DNA from: an uncultured Gemmatimonadales bacterium
GTDB lineage: Bacteria; Gemmatimonadota; Gemmatimonadetes; Gemmatimonadales; GWC2-71-9
Reading direction: 5' to 3'
Length of the DNA: 64,000 nt
Assembly: GCA_963748815.1 (NCBI GenBank)
Contig: CAVVKJ010000011.1
Coordinates: 1-64,000 of the forward strand
The number at the start of each line of letters is the position of its first letter. The stretch's first letter is position 1. Shown here piece after piece: positions 1 to 8,979 of this stretch. A program made the position numbers and the translations under genes. The notes beneath the pieces were generated by a model. That model searched no databases, had not been told where the DNA came from, and saw only the letters and a list, made by a program, of their open reading frames with translations.

Positions 1-442
1 TCCGCCTGAAACAAAAATAGCAGGGATGTTGAGCCTCATGGCTGCCATGAGCATACCGGGAACAATTTTATCACAATTCAGGGATGCATATCATTGCATC
101 CGCCCTGTGAGCATTACACATGTATTCGACGCTGTCAGCAATCAGATCCCGTGAAGGAAGCGAGTACAGCATTCCGTCGTGTCCCATTGCAATGCCGTCA
201 TCAATCGCTATTGTATTAAACTCAGCCGCGAAGCATCCCCTTTTCTCTATTATCTTTTTCACATGCTGCCCGATTTCATGCAGATGCACATGACCGGGCA
301 CAAACTGGGTAAATGAATTTACTATAGCTATGACAGGTTTGCCGAACTGGTGCTCCTTCATCCCGTTAGCGCGCCATAAACTTCTTGCTCCCGCCATACG
401 GCGTCCCTGAGTACTCAAACTGCTTCTTAATGGTGTTGGCAT
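1..442 (-). CDS. ilvD: Dihydroxy-acid dehydratase, 5' part (runs off window edge; +1 frameshift near 80)
   Basis: [24 protein letters not shown] and [18 protein letters not shown] motifs. After one extra base near 80 the frame continues [26 protein letters not shown] to position 1. Confidence 0.95.
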
Positions 443-678
443 ATTATATTTATTCCTCGCTTATTTTAGATCTTAGATAGTAAAACAAAGATAAAATTTA
501 AATTAATTTTTAAAATTACATAATAAACAAATAGAATAATCATACAAAATCCATCACTCAGTCAAGATAAAATTTTATTAAAAATTTTATACTTGATAAT
601 TTAGCCCGCAAAAATTATAAACCGATTCAGTGAATTTAAATTCTATTCGCATAAAACATTTAGCAAGGACCATAATAC

Positions 679-1068
679 ATGAAAATAAGGATTCCAGATT
701 TAATTTGTCTGTTTCTTTTGGTGTTCACTTCCAATTCATTCTCCCGGCAGCAGCAAAGCATAATTCTTAATGATATTATAAAAAATATTGATAGTTACAG
801 AAATAAAACCGTTACCATGACTTTACGATTAAAAAATCTGGATACTGTTTTCGATAAAATTATATTTTATGACAGGAAAAATTTTGATATTGTCTTTGAT
901 ATTTCTGAATTGAAAAAGCAAAAAGCCTTTAAGAAACAGGTGTTAAATCTGCACCCTGGTCTGGAATACAATGTAATTTTTAAAGTTAAAGGATTAATCG
1001 AAGAAAATATTGTGACCGGAGAATTAGAAAGCTTTAATCCTGTAATACTATCAAAACTGCCTAATTGA
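679..1068 (+). CDS. Hypothetical exported protein
   Basis: 129-aa ORF with AAGGA RBS and hydrophobic N-terminal signal-like segment; no family recognised. Confidence 0.7.
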   Translation: MKIRIPDLICLFLLVFTSNSFSRQQQSIILNDIIKNIDSYRNKTVTMTLRLKNLDTVFDKIIFYDRKNFDIVFDISELKKQKAFKKQVLNLHPGLEYNVIFKVKGLIEENIVTGELESFNPVILSKLPN

Positions 1069-1421
1069 TCATTAAAAATAAAAAGGCAGAATAGCTGGGC
1101 TGCTATTCTGCCTTTTCGAAAAACTAAATCGCAGCGCCAAGATTGCAATACAGTAATAATCGGGAGGGAATTACCATATTGCTCCTTGTTGTTAAAAAAT
1201 ATCGGCTTTCCCAACAAAAAACTTAATTTAAATTTTCTAAAAATATTAAATTTTTGCAGAAATTTTAATAAAACCTAAAAACATATAATTTTTATTTTCT
1301 TCCTTGACAGCGCTAATTTTTTATTATTTATTTAAAGGAAGTGAAAAAAGTTCGAAACAAATAAAAAAGTCGCTTCAGTCTGCAATACATTATCAATAAA
1401 ATAATTTTAAGGAGTTAACGT

Positions 1422-1919
1422 ATGAAAAAATTTAACATTATGGTATTTTTATGTGCTGTTGTTTTCGCGATCGGTTGCGCAAGCGCTCCTGCCCCTGCGC
1501 CGGAACAGCCAAAACAAAGCGGTATAGATATTTCATCTATGAACCAGCAGTTGCATGGCAGTTCCATAGGCGGATTTGCTTATAAAAGCTCCAAGCTCAA
1601 TACTGCAAAATGGGACAAATGGGCAGCAACAGCAGCTCCTATTGTTAAGGAAATAATTACCAAGCTTCCGGAAGGTTATGTCCTTCAGATCACAGGCCAT
1701 ACAGATGCAAGTGGTCCTGAAGAGCCGACAGGCAATAAACCGGGCAACATCAAAATATCAACAGACAGGGCAAAAACAGTTTATGATGCCCTAAAAAGAG
1801 CAAATATAAGCTCTCCGAAAATTACCTACAAAGGTATTGGTTCGGATGAACTATTAAGCGAATATGCCCCAAAAGCTGCAGAACAAAGAAGGGTTACCTT
1901 TAAAATAGTTGCTCAATAA
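1422..1919 (+). CDS. OmpA-family lipoprotein, Loa22-like
   Basis: Lipobox AIGC; OmpA C-terminal motifs ITGHTD, GNIKISTDRA and RRVTF; AAGGAG RBS. The segment LPEGYVLQITGHTDASGPE recalls Leptospira Loa22. Confidence 0.85.
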   Translation: MKKFNIMVFLCAVVFAIGCASAPAPAPEQPKQSGIDISSMNQQLHGSSIGGFAYKSSKLNTAKWDKWAATAAPIVKEIITKLPEGYVLQITGHTDASGPEEPTGNKPGNIKISTDRAKTVYDALKRANISSPKITYKGIGSDELLSEYAPKAAEQRRVTFKIVAQ

Positions 1920-1960
1920 ATTAATTTATTGATTGAATAATTTTTATTGTTTCAAAATAT

Positions 1961-1990
1961 AAAGCCGGGAATATGGTCCCGGCTTTTTTA
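1961..1990 (+). terminator. Intrinsic terminator
   Basis: AAAGCCGGGA-ATATGG-TCCCGGCTTT followed by a T run, downstream of the OmpA gene. Confidence 0.85.
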
Positions 1991-2168
1991 TTCATAGTAT
2001 TCTATAGTCTGGCCTTATCCATTTAAGCTAGTCATTTGTTTCTTAAAATCAAATGACTAATACCTAAAAATAAAAATCTTTTGCCGGGATATAATAATAG
2101 TAGAATAAGCAACTGCACCTTAAACTAATCCAAATGCAACTTATATTTAAAATCAGGAATTTATTAAT

Positions 2169-3104
2169 TTGAAAGAACAAACCGGCATTGTTACCAAAAT
2201 CTTCGGATTATTCTATACCGTAAAATATGATAACTCACATATCAACTGTGTCCTCCGCGGAAAGATACGGCAAAGCAAAGAACTTAAATTTTATTCAGAT
2301 CCGGCAGCGGTAGGCGACAAAGTCTTATTTGCAATCAATGAAGATGGCGCCGGAGTAATAAACGAAATATCAAAAAGAAAAAATATTTTTTCAAGAAAAG
2401 AAAAAGGAAGAAACAAGAAAGAAGATATAATTGCATGCAACCTGGATCTTGTTGTCATCATTCAGTCCATAAAAACCCCGAAACTTAACTTCCGATTCAT
2501 AGACAGGCTCATAGTGCGCTGCGAAAAAGAAAAAATTCCTGTGCTTATTTGCATCAATAAAGCAGACCTTGCAAACGAAGCAATAATTAAATATATTGAT
2601 GATTACTACTCCAATGCCAATATCAATCTCATTATCACAAGTACAAAAAGCGGCGAAGGGATTAAAGAACTTAAATCCTGCTTACCCGGCAAGACTACTC
2701 TTTTTATTGGCAGTTCAGGTGTAGGCAAAACAAGCATTTTAAACTACCTGTCCCCGGGATTAAATCTTCGCACTTCAGAAGTTTCAGCAAGAACTAATAA
2801 AGGTCGCCATACAACGGCGAATGTTGAAATGATTGAATTATCTAAACATATATCAATTATAGACAGTCCAGGTGTAAGAGAATTTGGTCTGATGGATATC
2901 GAACCGCACATGCTTGGATTTTACTTTAACGAGTTCAGCCCATATTCAGACAAATGCAGCTTTAATCCATGCACACACGATCATGAACCGGTCTGTGAAG
3001 TCAAAAGACAGGTGGAAAACGGTACGATATTTAAAGACAGGTATATATCATATTTAAACATTTTAAATTCATTAAAAGAATATTACGAAAGAAAATATAT
3101 ATGA
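2169..3104 (+). CDS. rsgA: Ribosome small subunit-dependent GTPase A
   Basis: Circularly permuted GTPase: NKAD, GSSGVGKTS, GRHTT, DSPG, plus C-terminal CSFNPCTHDHEPVC zinc site. Confidence 0.95.
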   Translation: MKEQTGIVTKIFGLFYTVKYDNSHINCVLRGKIRQSKELKFYSDPAAVGDKVLFAINEDGAGVINEISKRKNIFSRKEKGRNKKEDIIACNLDLVVIIQSIKTPKLNFRFIDRLIVRCEKEKIPVLICINKADLANEAIIKYIDDYYSNANINLIITSTKSGEGIKELKSCLPGKTTLFIGSSGVGKTSILNYLSPGLNLRTSEVSARTNKGRHTTANVEMIELSKHISIIDSPGVREFGLMDIEPHMLGFYFNEFSPYSDKCSFNPCTHDHEPVCEVKRQVENGTIFKDRYISYLNILNSLKEYYERKYI

Positions 3105-3846
3105 TAGAAACAGAGAACTTATCCATATCCTTTGACAATAAAACAATCCTCAGCAATATTCATCTCAGCGTTTTACCGGGTGAAACAATAGCAATATTCG
3201 GAAAAAACGGATCGGGTAAATCCGTGCTCTTAAAAAGTATTGCAGGACTTATACAAAATTATTCCGGAACAATTAAAATAAATGGGACAGATAATAAAGA
3301 GCTGTATAATAAAAATCCCACGGCAAAGGATGATATTAAAATAGCGTATGTATTTCAAAAAGGCGGCCTTTTTGATTCTATGAGCGTATTCGAAAACGTC
3401 GCTTTCCCTCTGCGAAGGAAAGACCTTGCGGAGAATGATATCGGCGAAATTGTTACGCAATCGCTCAAAAAAGTCGGGCTTTCCGGAAGCGAACAGAAGC
3501 TTCCGTCGGAACTGAGCGGCGGGATGCAGAAGCGTGTAGGGCTTGCGCGGCGCAATGCATCAGTCCGGACATCATACTTTACGATGACCCTACAGCGGGC
3601 CTCGACCCCATTCTCTCCGATTCAATAGCCGATGTCATAAACGAAATTAAATCGATTAACACGACTTCATCGATTATCGCAACCCACGATTTAAAAGTCG
3701 CCGGAAAAACAGCGTCAAAAGCGGCATTACTTTACAACAGCGAACTCGTGTTTTCCGGATCGGCTCATGATTTTTTTAACGGTGACAACGTCTTTGCAAA
3801 ACAGTTTATTGATGCCAGACTGGAAGGCCCTATTGATATTTACTAA
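3101..3846 (+). CDS. ABC transporter ATP-binding protein, MlaF/Mkl-like (frameshift near 3550)
   Basis: GKNGSGKS, FQKGGLFDSMSVFENVAFPLR and LSGGMQKRVGLAR. The alternate frame continues SPDIILYDDPTAGLDP...THDL...LEGPIDIY to TAA at 3844-3846. Confidence 0.88.
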
Positions 3847-3989
3847 TACAGCCTTTTAAAAACTTACAAACAAATAGCGCATCTGCCAAATAACCGATTT
3901 TAATCTGAAATTTAAAAATTTTTCTTGAAATAATTAAAATATAAGATGAATTGTCCCAATTGAATAAATATTACTTTAATGAGTTTTTC

Positions 3990-4301
3990 ATGCCTGCAGA
4001 CAAAAGAAAAAACAAACGAGTAAATATTTCCGAGGATTACTTTTATTATCCAAATAATAAAGACAAAAAGATAAACTGCAAGCTGAACAATATATCAGTT
4101 ACAGGCGCGTGCATTACCTCAAAGGAAAAAATAGAGAAGGAAGATGTTATTTTTTTCAATATACGCGGCACCGAGAATATGGCATTAAAATGCAAGGCAA
4201 TATGGAAAATAGATAATCAATACGGAATTCAGTTTATTCTGGATACGAATAAAGAATTTGAAACGATAAGCTATGTTATGAATAATATCATTAAACATTA
4301 A
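3990..4301 (+). CDS. Stand-alone PilZ domain protein (c-di-GMP receptor)
   Basis: RxxxR (RKNKR) and D/NxSxxG (NISVTG) motifs, then YGIQF. Start is ATG 3990 or TTG 3951. Confidence 0.85.
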   Translation: MPADKRKNKRVNISEDYFYYPNNKDKKINCKLNNISVTGACITSKEKIEKEDVIFFNIRGTENMALKCKAIWKIDNQYGIQFILDTNKEFETISYVMNNIIKH

Positions 4302-4353
4302 TTATTAAGCGGAATTATTTACAATATCATAAAAACAATGCAGGGTTAAAACC

Positions 4354-5388
4354 ATGATTAACACTAACGCTACAAAAGCAAACCTTGACTGGCAAAATTT
4401 GCCTTTTAATTATATTAAAACAGATTATAATGTCCGGTGTCATTATAAAGACGGGAAATGGTCAGATATTGAAGTAACTTCGGAAGAGACCATACAAATG
4501 CATATGGCTGATCCTTGTCTGCATTACGGACAGGAAGTTTTTGAGGGCATGAAAATTTTCGAAACAATTGACGGACGAATCGCTGCTTTCCGTCCGGAAG
4601 AAAACGCAAAAAGATTAGGAAATTCCAGTGAGCGGGTTCTAATCCCGAAACTTCCTGTTGAAAAATTCGTTGAAGCACTTCATAAATTAGTTGTAGCCAA
4701 TCTACATTATGTTCCGCCTTTCGGTACAGGTGCGAGCATGTATGTAAGGCCTTTCGTGATAGGTAAAGGCGCCCAGGTCGGCCTGGGTCCCGCAAGGGAA
4801 TACATGTTCGTTATGTTTGCATGCCCGGTTGGCCCATATTATAAGGGAGGATTCAAACCAGTAAAAGCCCTTGTTCTTGAGGATTTCGACAGAGCGGCAC
4901 CACTTGGAGTTGGAGCTTTCAAGGTAGGCGGCAATTACGCAGCCGGACTTATTGGACATAGATTCGCCCAGCAAAAAGGATATCCCATTGAACTATATCT
5001 TGATCCGAAAGAAAAAAAATACGTCGACGAATTCGGTACATCAAATTTTATTGGAATACGCGGTAACAAGTACATTACGCCAGCATCAAACTCAATATTG
5101 CCAAGCATTACGAACAACAGTCTTTCCATAATAGCGGAAGATATGGGGATGAAAATAGAAAGAAGGCCTATTAAAATAACGGAAGTTAAAAAATTTGATG
5201 AAGTCGGCGCAGTTGGAACCGCGGCAGTTCTTACTCCAATATGCCTGATTCATTACAAGGGAAAAGATTTCGTTTTTGGAGATGAAGATAAAGCCGGCCC
5301 GGTTATTACAAATTTATATAACAGACTGACAAGAATTCAGACCGGTGAAGATCCGGATAAATTTGGCTGGCTGGATGTTATTGACTGA
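4354..5388 (+). CDS. ilvE: Branched-chain amino acid aminotransferase
   Basis: LHYGQEVFEGMK, YVRPF, KVGGNYAA, ILPSIT and GTAAV motifs. Confidence 0.95.
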   Translation: MINTNATKANLDWQNLPFNYIKTDYNVRCHYKDGKWSDIEVTSEETIQMHMADPCLHYGQEVFEGMKIFETIDGRIAAFRPEENAKRLGNSSERVLIPKLPVEKFVEALHKLVVANLHYVPPFGTGASMYVRPFVIGKGAQVGLGPAREYMFVMFACPVGPYYKGGFKPVKALVLEDFDRAAPLGVGAFKVGGNYAAGLIGHRFAQQKGYPIELYLDPKEKKYVDEFGTSNFIGIRGNKYITPASNSILPSITNNSLSIIAEDMGMKIERRPIKITEVKKFDEVGAVGTAAVLTPICLIHYKGKDFVFGDEDKAGPVITNLYNRLTRIQTGEDPDKFGWLDVID

Positions 5389-5447
5389 CAGCATTCTTAT
5401 TTACAGGAAAATAACTGAATTTTTTCTTTTAGTTCCATACAGGATTC

Positions 5448-5476
5448 ATCCCCGCCCAAAAGGCGGGGATATTTTC
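5448..5476. terminator. Hairpin terminator between convergent genes
   Basis: ATCCCCGCC-CAAAA-GGCGGGGAT followed by ATTTTC. Confidence 0.75.
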
Positions 5477-5487
5477 TTACAGGCCAA

Positions 5488-5682
5488 TCAGGATTTAACT
5501 ACTCTTTCAGCCTGAGAAGCAAGATATTTCACAAGCGTCTGTTCATTGATATATCCGAGATTCACCAGGATAATCCCAATCAGGCCACCCTCGTCTTTCT
5601 GAATTCCAAGCGCTTTATCTAATTGCTCCTGAGTAATCTCTCCGGCTTCAACCAGCATTTCACCTAATAGGGGCTTTGACAT
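5488..5682 (-). CDS. Small stand-alone MshEN-like (T2SSE N-terminal) domain protein
   Basis: Two tandem motifs, LGEMLVEAGEITQEQLDKALGIQ and IGIILVNLGYINEQTLVKYLASQ, matching xLGxxLxxxGxxxxxxLxxxLxxQ; GAGGA RBS. Confidence 0.8.
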   Translation of the reverse strand: MSKPLLGEMLVEAGEITQEQLDKALGIQKDEGGLIGIILVNLGYINEQTLVKYLASQAERVVKS

Positions 5683-5799
5683 TATGTTCCTCTCAGATTA
5701 ATACCGCAAAATAAATTTAATGAATCATAAAAGCTTTTATCAGAAAAACAATATAACTGTATATTCAGGAATTCTCCATTTTTTCATAATCCCGATAAT

Positions 5800-5812
5800 T
5801 TATCTATTTGCC
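5800..5812. other. Compositional junction between AT-rich and GC-rich sequence (probable contig join)
   Basis: Base composition and codon usage switch within a few bases; the right side starts mid-gene; no att site, tRNA or integrase. Confidence 0.85.
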
Positions 5813-5906
5813 GAGTGCCCGGACGGACTTCGCCTACCCGACGACACGGCTCTATGCCAACGACCGTGAAGGAAAACCAGGAACCCGGCCCGGCGCGGCG
5901 GGTTGA
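5807..5906 (+). CDS. 3' fragment of a probable MscS-family mechanosensitive channel gene, truncated at the junction
   Basis: FAECPD/(indel)/DFAYPTTRLYANDREGKPGTRPGAAG-stop; the DFAYPT motif resembles MscS C-termini. Confidence 0.5.
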
Positions 5907-5956
5907 ATCGCAGACCACCGCACGACCGCCACCCCACGACACGGAGGAACGACCCC

Positions 5957-6502
5957 ATGACCGGACCCGCTGACCTCGCCCACAAGGGCGGCACCCGCAT
6001 GACGACCTGGGGGATCCTGACGATGGCCCTCGGCGTGTTCGCGATGTTCACGCCCATGCTCACGGGGTTCTCGATCCTGCTGTTGCTCGGCATTGCCGTG
6101 ATGGCGGCCGGCGTCATGCGGATGATCTGGGCCTTCAGCGCCGGCAGCGTCGGGCGGGGACTGCTGATGTTCGTCCTCGGTCTCCTGACCCTGGCCGTCG
6201 GCCTCCTCCTGCTCGTGAACCCGGTCTTCGCGGCAGTCTCGGTGACGATCCTGCTGACGATCTACCTGGTGGTGGACGGCGCCGCGGAGGTGTACGCCGG
6301 CGTCCAGCGGAAGCCCGACGCGGGGTGGGGGTGGCTCGTCGTCGGCGGCATCGTCTCCGTGCTGCTCGGCGTGATGATCTGGCGCCAGGCGCCGCTGGCC
6401 GGCGTCTGGGCGCTCGGGCTCTTCCTGGGCATCAAGCTGTTTTTCGTGGGGCTGATCATGATGACGGTGGGCGGCACGCTGCGGAGCATCGCGAAGGGCT
6501 GA
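5957..6502 (+). CDS. HdeD/DUF308 family membrane protein
   Basis: Six hydrophobic helices with GWGWLVVGGIVSVLLG and WALGLFLGI repeats; GGAGG RBS. Confidence 0.85.
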   Translation: MTGPADLAHKGGTRMTTWGILTMALGVFAMFTPMLTGFSILLLLGIAVMAAGVMRMIWAFSAGSVGRGLLMFVLGLLTLAVGLLLLVNPVFAAVSVTILLTIYLVVDGAAEVYAGVQRKPDAGWGWLVVGGIVSVLLGVMIWRQAPLAGVWALGLFLGIKLFFVGLIMMTVGGTLRSIAKG

Positions 6503-6524
6503 TTGAGGCCCACTGCGGCCCGTG

Positions 6525-6554
6525 AAAACGCCCGGCCAGGTGGCCGGGCGTTTT
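6525..6554. terminator. Bidirectional terminator
   Basis: AAAACGCCCGGCCA-GG-TGGCCGGGCGTTTT between convergent genes. Confidence 0.85.
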
Positions 6555-6562
6555 GCGTCGTA

Positions 6563-7073
6563 TCAGATGCGTGGCTGTAGCTGCGGCCGGTGATGCCGCG
6601 TGTGGTGCGCCTGGAAGACCAGGTAGTCCGCCAGCGACACCCTGCCAAACGTGGTGGTGTCGACCACCTGGTCGTGCGGGCCGCGGGCCGTCGACGCCGC
6701 CTCGAGCACGGCGAGCGCGCCCTGCAGCCGCGCCCGGGCCTCGGCAACGGTCGGCGGGTCCCGACTCCGGATCCATCGGCTTGTTCGTCTTCGCGCCGCC
6801 GGGAAAGTTGCCGGTCTTCACCATCTTGTTGAAGAAGACTCCCCGCATGATCGGCCGGAGGAAGCGAGGAAAGACCGGGAAGACCGTCGGCTTACCCGCG
6901 ATCGCGTAGCCCGACTGCTCCAGCGCCCGCGCCACGTGCTCGGTGACCTGCGAGGGCGACCACTTCTTCGGGGCCCGGGGTGTGGTCCAGTGCCCCGCCA
7001 CCCCCGCCGCGCTGGACAGAAACTCCTCGACCGCCGCGCGATTCTGCTGCAGTGCCTCGGCTACCGTGGACAT
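6563..7073 (-). CDS. DinB family protein (+1 frameshift near 6752)
   Basis: MSTVAEALQQ...KWSPSQVTEHV. The second frame ends FGRVSLADYLVFQAHHTRHHRPQLQPRI-stop. Span is 3n+1; GAGGAGG RBS. Confidence 0.8.
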
Positions 7074-7555
7074 GATGTCGCCTCCTCGATGAACGGATTC
7101 ACACCCGGGCGGCGCTCCTGCCGCCGCCCCAGGGTCGAGAAGATCAGCGCCAGCCCAAAGAGCGTCAAGCCGATCGACCCATCGACCCAGCTCATGATGC
7201 CCGGCAGCAGGAGCGCCAGCACCAGGGCCAGGTCGGTACACCCCACGAGCGCAAGGTTGAGCCAGTAGCCGTTGCGGCTGTTGCGCCAGTTCCGGGTGGC
7301 CCCGACGTACATCACCAGCAGGCCAATCCAGAGAATGTTCATCGCACCCATGCCCATGAACGCTGCGGCCGCTGCGGGAAAGGCGCCCACGGCGCCCGGG
7401 TCGAAGGGCTGCCCGGTCGAGATCATGGCCGTCAGTCCGACGCCCCCGGCGTCGCGGAGGGTGACGAGCTGGAAGGCGGCCCCCACCACATGCACCAGCC
7501 CCCAGAGGACGTAGAATGCGGCGCCAGTCTTGGCAAAGCGATTGCTGGACATCAT
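7061..7555 (-). CDS. Hypothetical four-helix membrane protein
   Basis: 164-aa ORF with four hydrophobic segments (YVLWGLVHV...), co-oriented within the ArsR operon. Confidence 0.75.
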   Translation of the reverse strand: MMSSNRFAKTGAAFYVLWGLVHVVGAAFQLVTLRDAGGVGLTAMISTGQPFDPGAVGAFPAAAAAFMGMGAMNILWIGLLVMYVGATRNWRNSRNGYWLNLALVGCTDLALVLALLLPGIMSWVDGSIGLTLFGLALIFSTLGRRQERRPGVNPFIEEATSCPR

Positions 7556-7558
7556 CGG

Positions 7559-8056
7559 TCAGCCCTCCAGGGTGTCGGGACGTTCCGGGCGCTTGCCCTC
7601 CTCGAGGTACGGCTTGAAGCAGGCAGTGAGCAGGAAGCTCCACCCCTCCTGCAGCCCCTTCATCGCTCCGTCGCTGAGCAACCCGTAGGGGGTGTCGCGG
7701 AAGGCGAGCGTGGTCCGCTTGCCATCCGGGGAAGGGGTGAGGCGGAAGGTGGTGACCGAACGCGCGGGACCGCCGAAGTCAGCGGACATGTCCCCCGCCC
7801 ACTGGAGCATCTTGTTCGCTTCATAGACGGTCACGACGCCGAACAGCCCCCCTTCCCCTCCGCCCCAATCCTCGAACACACGACCGCCGACCTGTGGCTC
7901 GATGGCGAACCGCTTGGGCGCGGTGCCCACGTAGAACGCCTTGGGCCACCACTCGCCGATGCCGGCGGTGAGCGACTGCCATACCACCCTGGCGGGCTTG
8001 TTGATGTCGACCTCGAGCTGGATGTCGAGCGTCCGGAACGGTGCTGGGTCAGTCAT
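7559..8056 (-). CDS. SRPBCC/AHSA1-like domain protein
   Basis: VWQSLTAGIGEWWP, IEPQVGGRVFE and EGWSFLL; ATGA overlap with the ArsR stop. Confidence 0.85.
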   Translation of the reverse strand: MTDPAPFRTLDIQLEVDINKPARVVWQSLTAGIGEWWPKAFYVGTAPKRFAIEPQVGGRVFEDWGGGEGGLFGVVTVYEANKMLQWAGDMSADFGGPARSVTTFRLTPSPDGKRTTLAFRDTPYGLLSDGAMKGLQEGWSFLLTACFKPYLEEGKRPERPDTLEG

Positions 8057-8406
8057 CCTGCCTCCTCGCGTGATTCCGCGTGCCGTTTGAGTCGCATCAG
8101 TCGGTCGGCGGCGTCGGTTTCGAACGGCCTGATCCATCGCCGGTAGATCAGGTGGATCGGCATCGGGTTGAGTTCGTTCCACCGCAGGCGCCCCTCCCGG
8201 CGCACCGTCACCAGCCCCGCCTCGACCAGCACACCGAGATGCTTCATGACCCCGAAGCGGGAGAGATCGAACTCGTCGGCCAACTCCCCGGTGGTCATCG
8301 GCCGCTCCCGGAGGAGGTCAAGGATGGCGCGCCGTGTCGGGTCGGCGAGGGCGCGCCAGGCGGCGTCGAGGTCCTCTGGTTGCGGCTGGCTGTCGGGCAT
8401 GCCCAT
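8053..8406 (-). CDS. ArsR/SmtB family transcriptional regulator
   Basis: ALADPTRRAILDLL...LSRFGVMKHLGVLVEAGLVTVRREGRLRWN. Start is ATG 8406 or 8400. Confidence 0.92.
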   Translation of the reverse strand: MGMPDSQPQPEDLDAAWRALADPTRRAILDLLRERPMTTGELADEFDLSRFGVMKHLGVLVEAGLVTVRREGRLRWNELNPMPIHLIYRRWIRPFETDAADRLMRLKRHAESREEAG

Positions 8407-8441
8407 ATGTGACATAATAGTCACATATTAATTCCTGTCAA
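8405..8441 (-). promoter_or_regulatory. Sigma70 promoter with overlapping palindromic operator
   Basis: Minus strand TTGACA-16nt-TATTAT; inverted repeat ATATGTGAC-N6-GTCACATAT (8405-8428) brackets the -10 box. Confidence 0.8.
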
Positions 8442-8462
8442 GCCTCCCCCCGGCCAGAACCC

Positions 8463-8505
8463 AAAAACGCACGCGGGCGGCCCGTTTCCGGACCGCCCGC
8501 GCGTT
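8463..8505 (-). terminator. Intrinsic terminator
   Basis: Minus strand GCGGGCGGTCCG-GAAA-CGGGCCGCCCGC followed by GTGCGTTTTT. Confidence 0.75.
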
Positions 8506-8537
8506 ACCCTGCCTGCCTGTGCGATGCTGCGTGAGGC

Positions 8538-8836
8538 CTAGACCGCCAGCGTGGAAACCGCGAGGTCCTAGTTGGTGACTGCCGGGGTGCCCTCAATGAA
8601 CAGCGAGAGCTTCTTCAGCACCTGCGGATAGACCGTGGTCTGGTACTTCTCCGCGCTCGCCTTGTCCGTCCAGACGCTCAGGCTCGACGGAATGCTGCCC
8701 GTTGATCATCGCCAGCTCATGCTTGAAGCCCGGGCTGCGACTTCATCGTCGGCAGAATGTCGTTCGTGAGCACCTTGGTGAATTCAGCGGTCTTGTCCTG
8801 CTTGACGGTGAATGAGACATTGCGAATGTAGTTCAT
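8538..8836 (-). pseudogene. ABM-like (dimeric alpha-beta barrel) small protein gene with two frameshifts and one in-frame TAG; pseudogene or sequencing errors
   Basis: Reconstructs as MNYIRNVSFTVKQDKTAEFTKVLTNDILPTMKSQPG/FKHELAMINGQHSV/SLSVWTDKASAEKYQTTVYPQVLKKLSLFIEGTPAVTN*DLAVSTLAV. Absent from the ORF track. Confidence 0.7.
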
Positions 8837-8979
8837 GGAGTAGTCCTGTCTCCTCGCAATAATTCTCCATCAGCGCCGGGCCACGAGCGAGGCAATCGAG
8901 GCAATGTCGGGGGTCCGCTGCGCCGACTGCGCGGGACCATTCTGACGAGATGGGGCGGCGTCTACTCAACCATCCCCCG

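Noticed and set aside
1..5806. AT-rich segment as a genomic island or prophage
   Set aside because: It contains housekeeping genes and no integrase, att site or tRNA, and the adjacent gene is cut mid-sequence. A contig join is more parsimonious.
5880..5906. GGAAC-17nt-GTTG ECF-like promoter before the HdeD gene
   Set aside because: It lies entirely within the coding tail of the MscS-like fragment and cannot be distinguished from chance.
6456..7643. 395-aa minus-strand ORF
   Set aside because: Only the DinB part from 7073 is real; the flanks are off-frame Arg/Pro/Gly-rich readthrough.
8568..8570. In-frame TAG as pyrrolysine or stop-codon recoding
   Set aside because: TAG ends many genes normally here, there are no pyl genes in the window, and the same gene has two indels, which points to error or decay.
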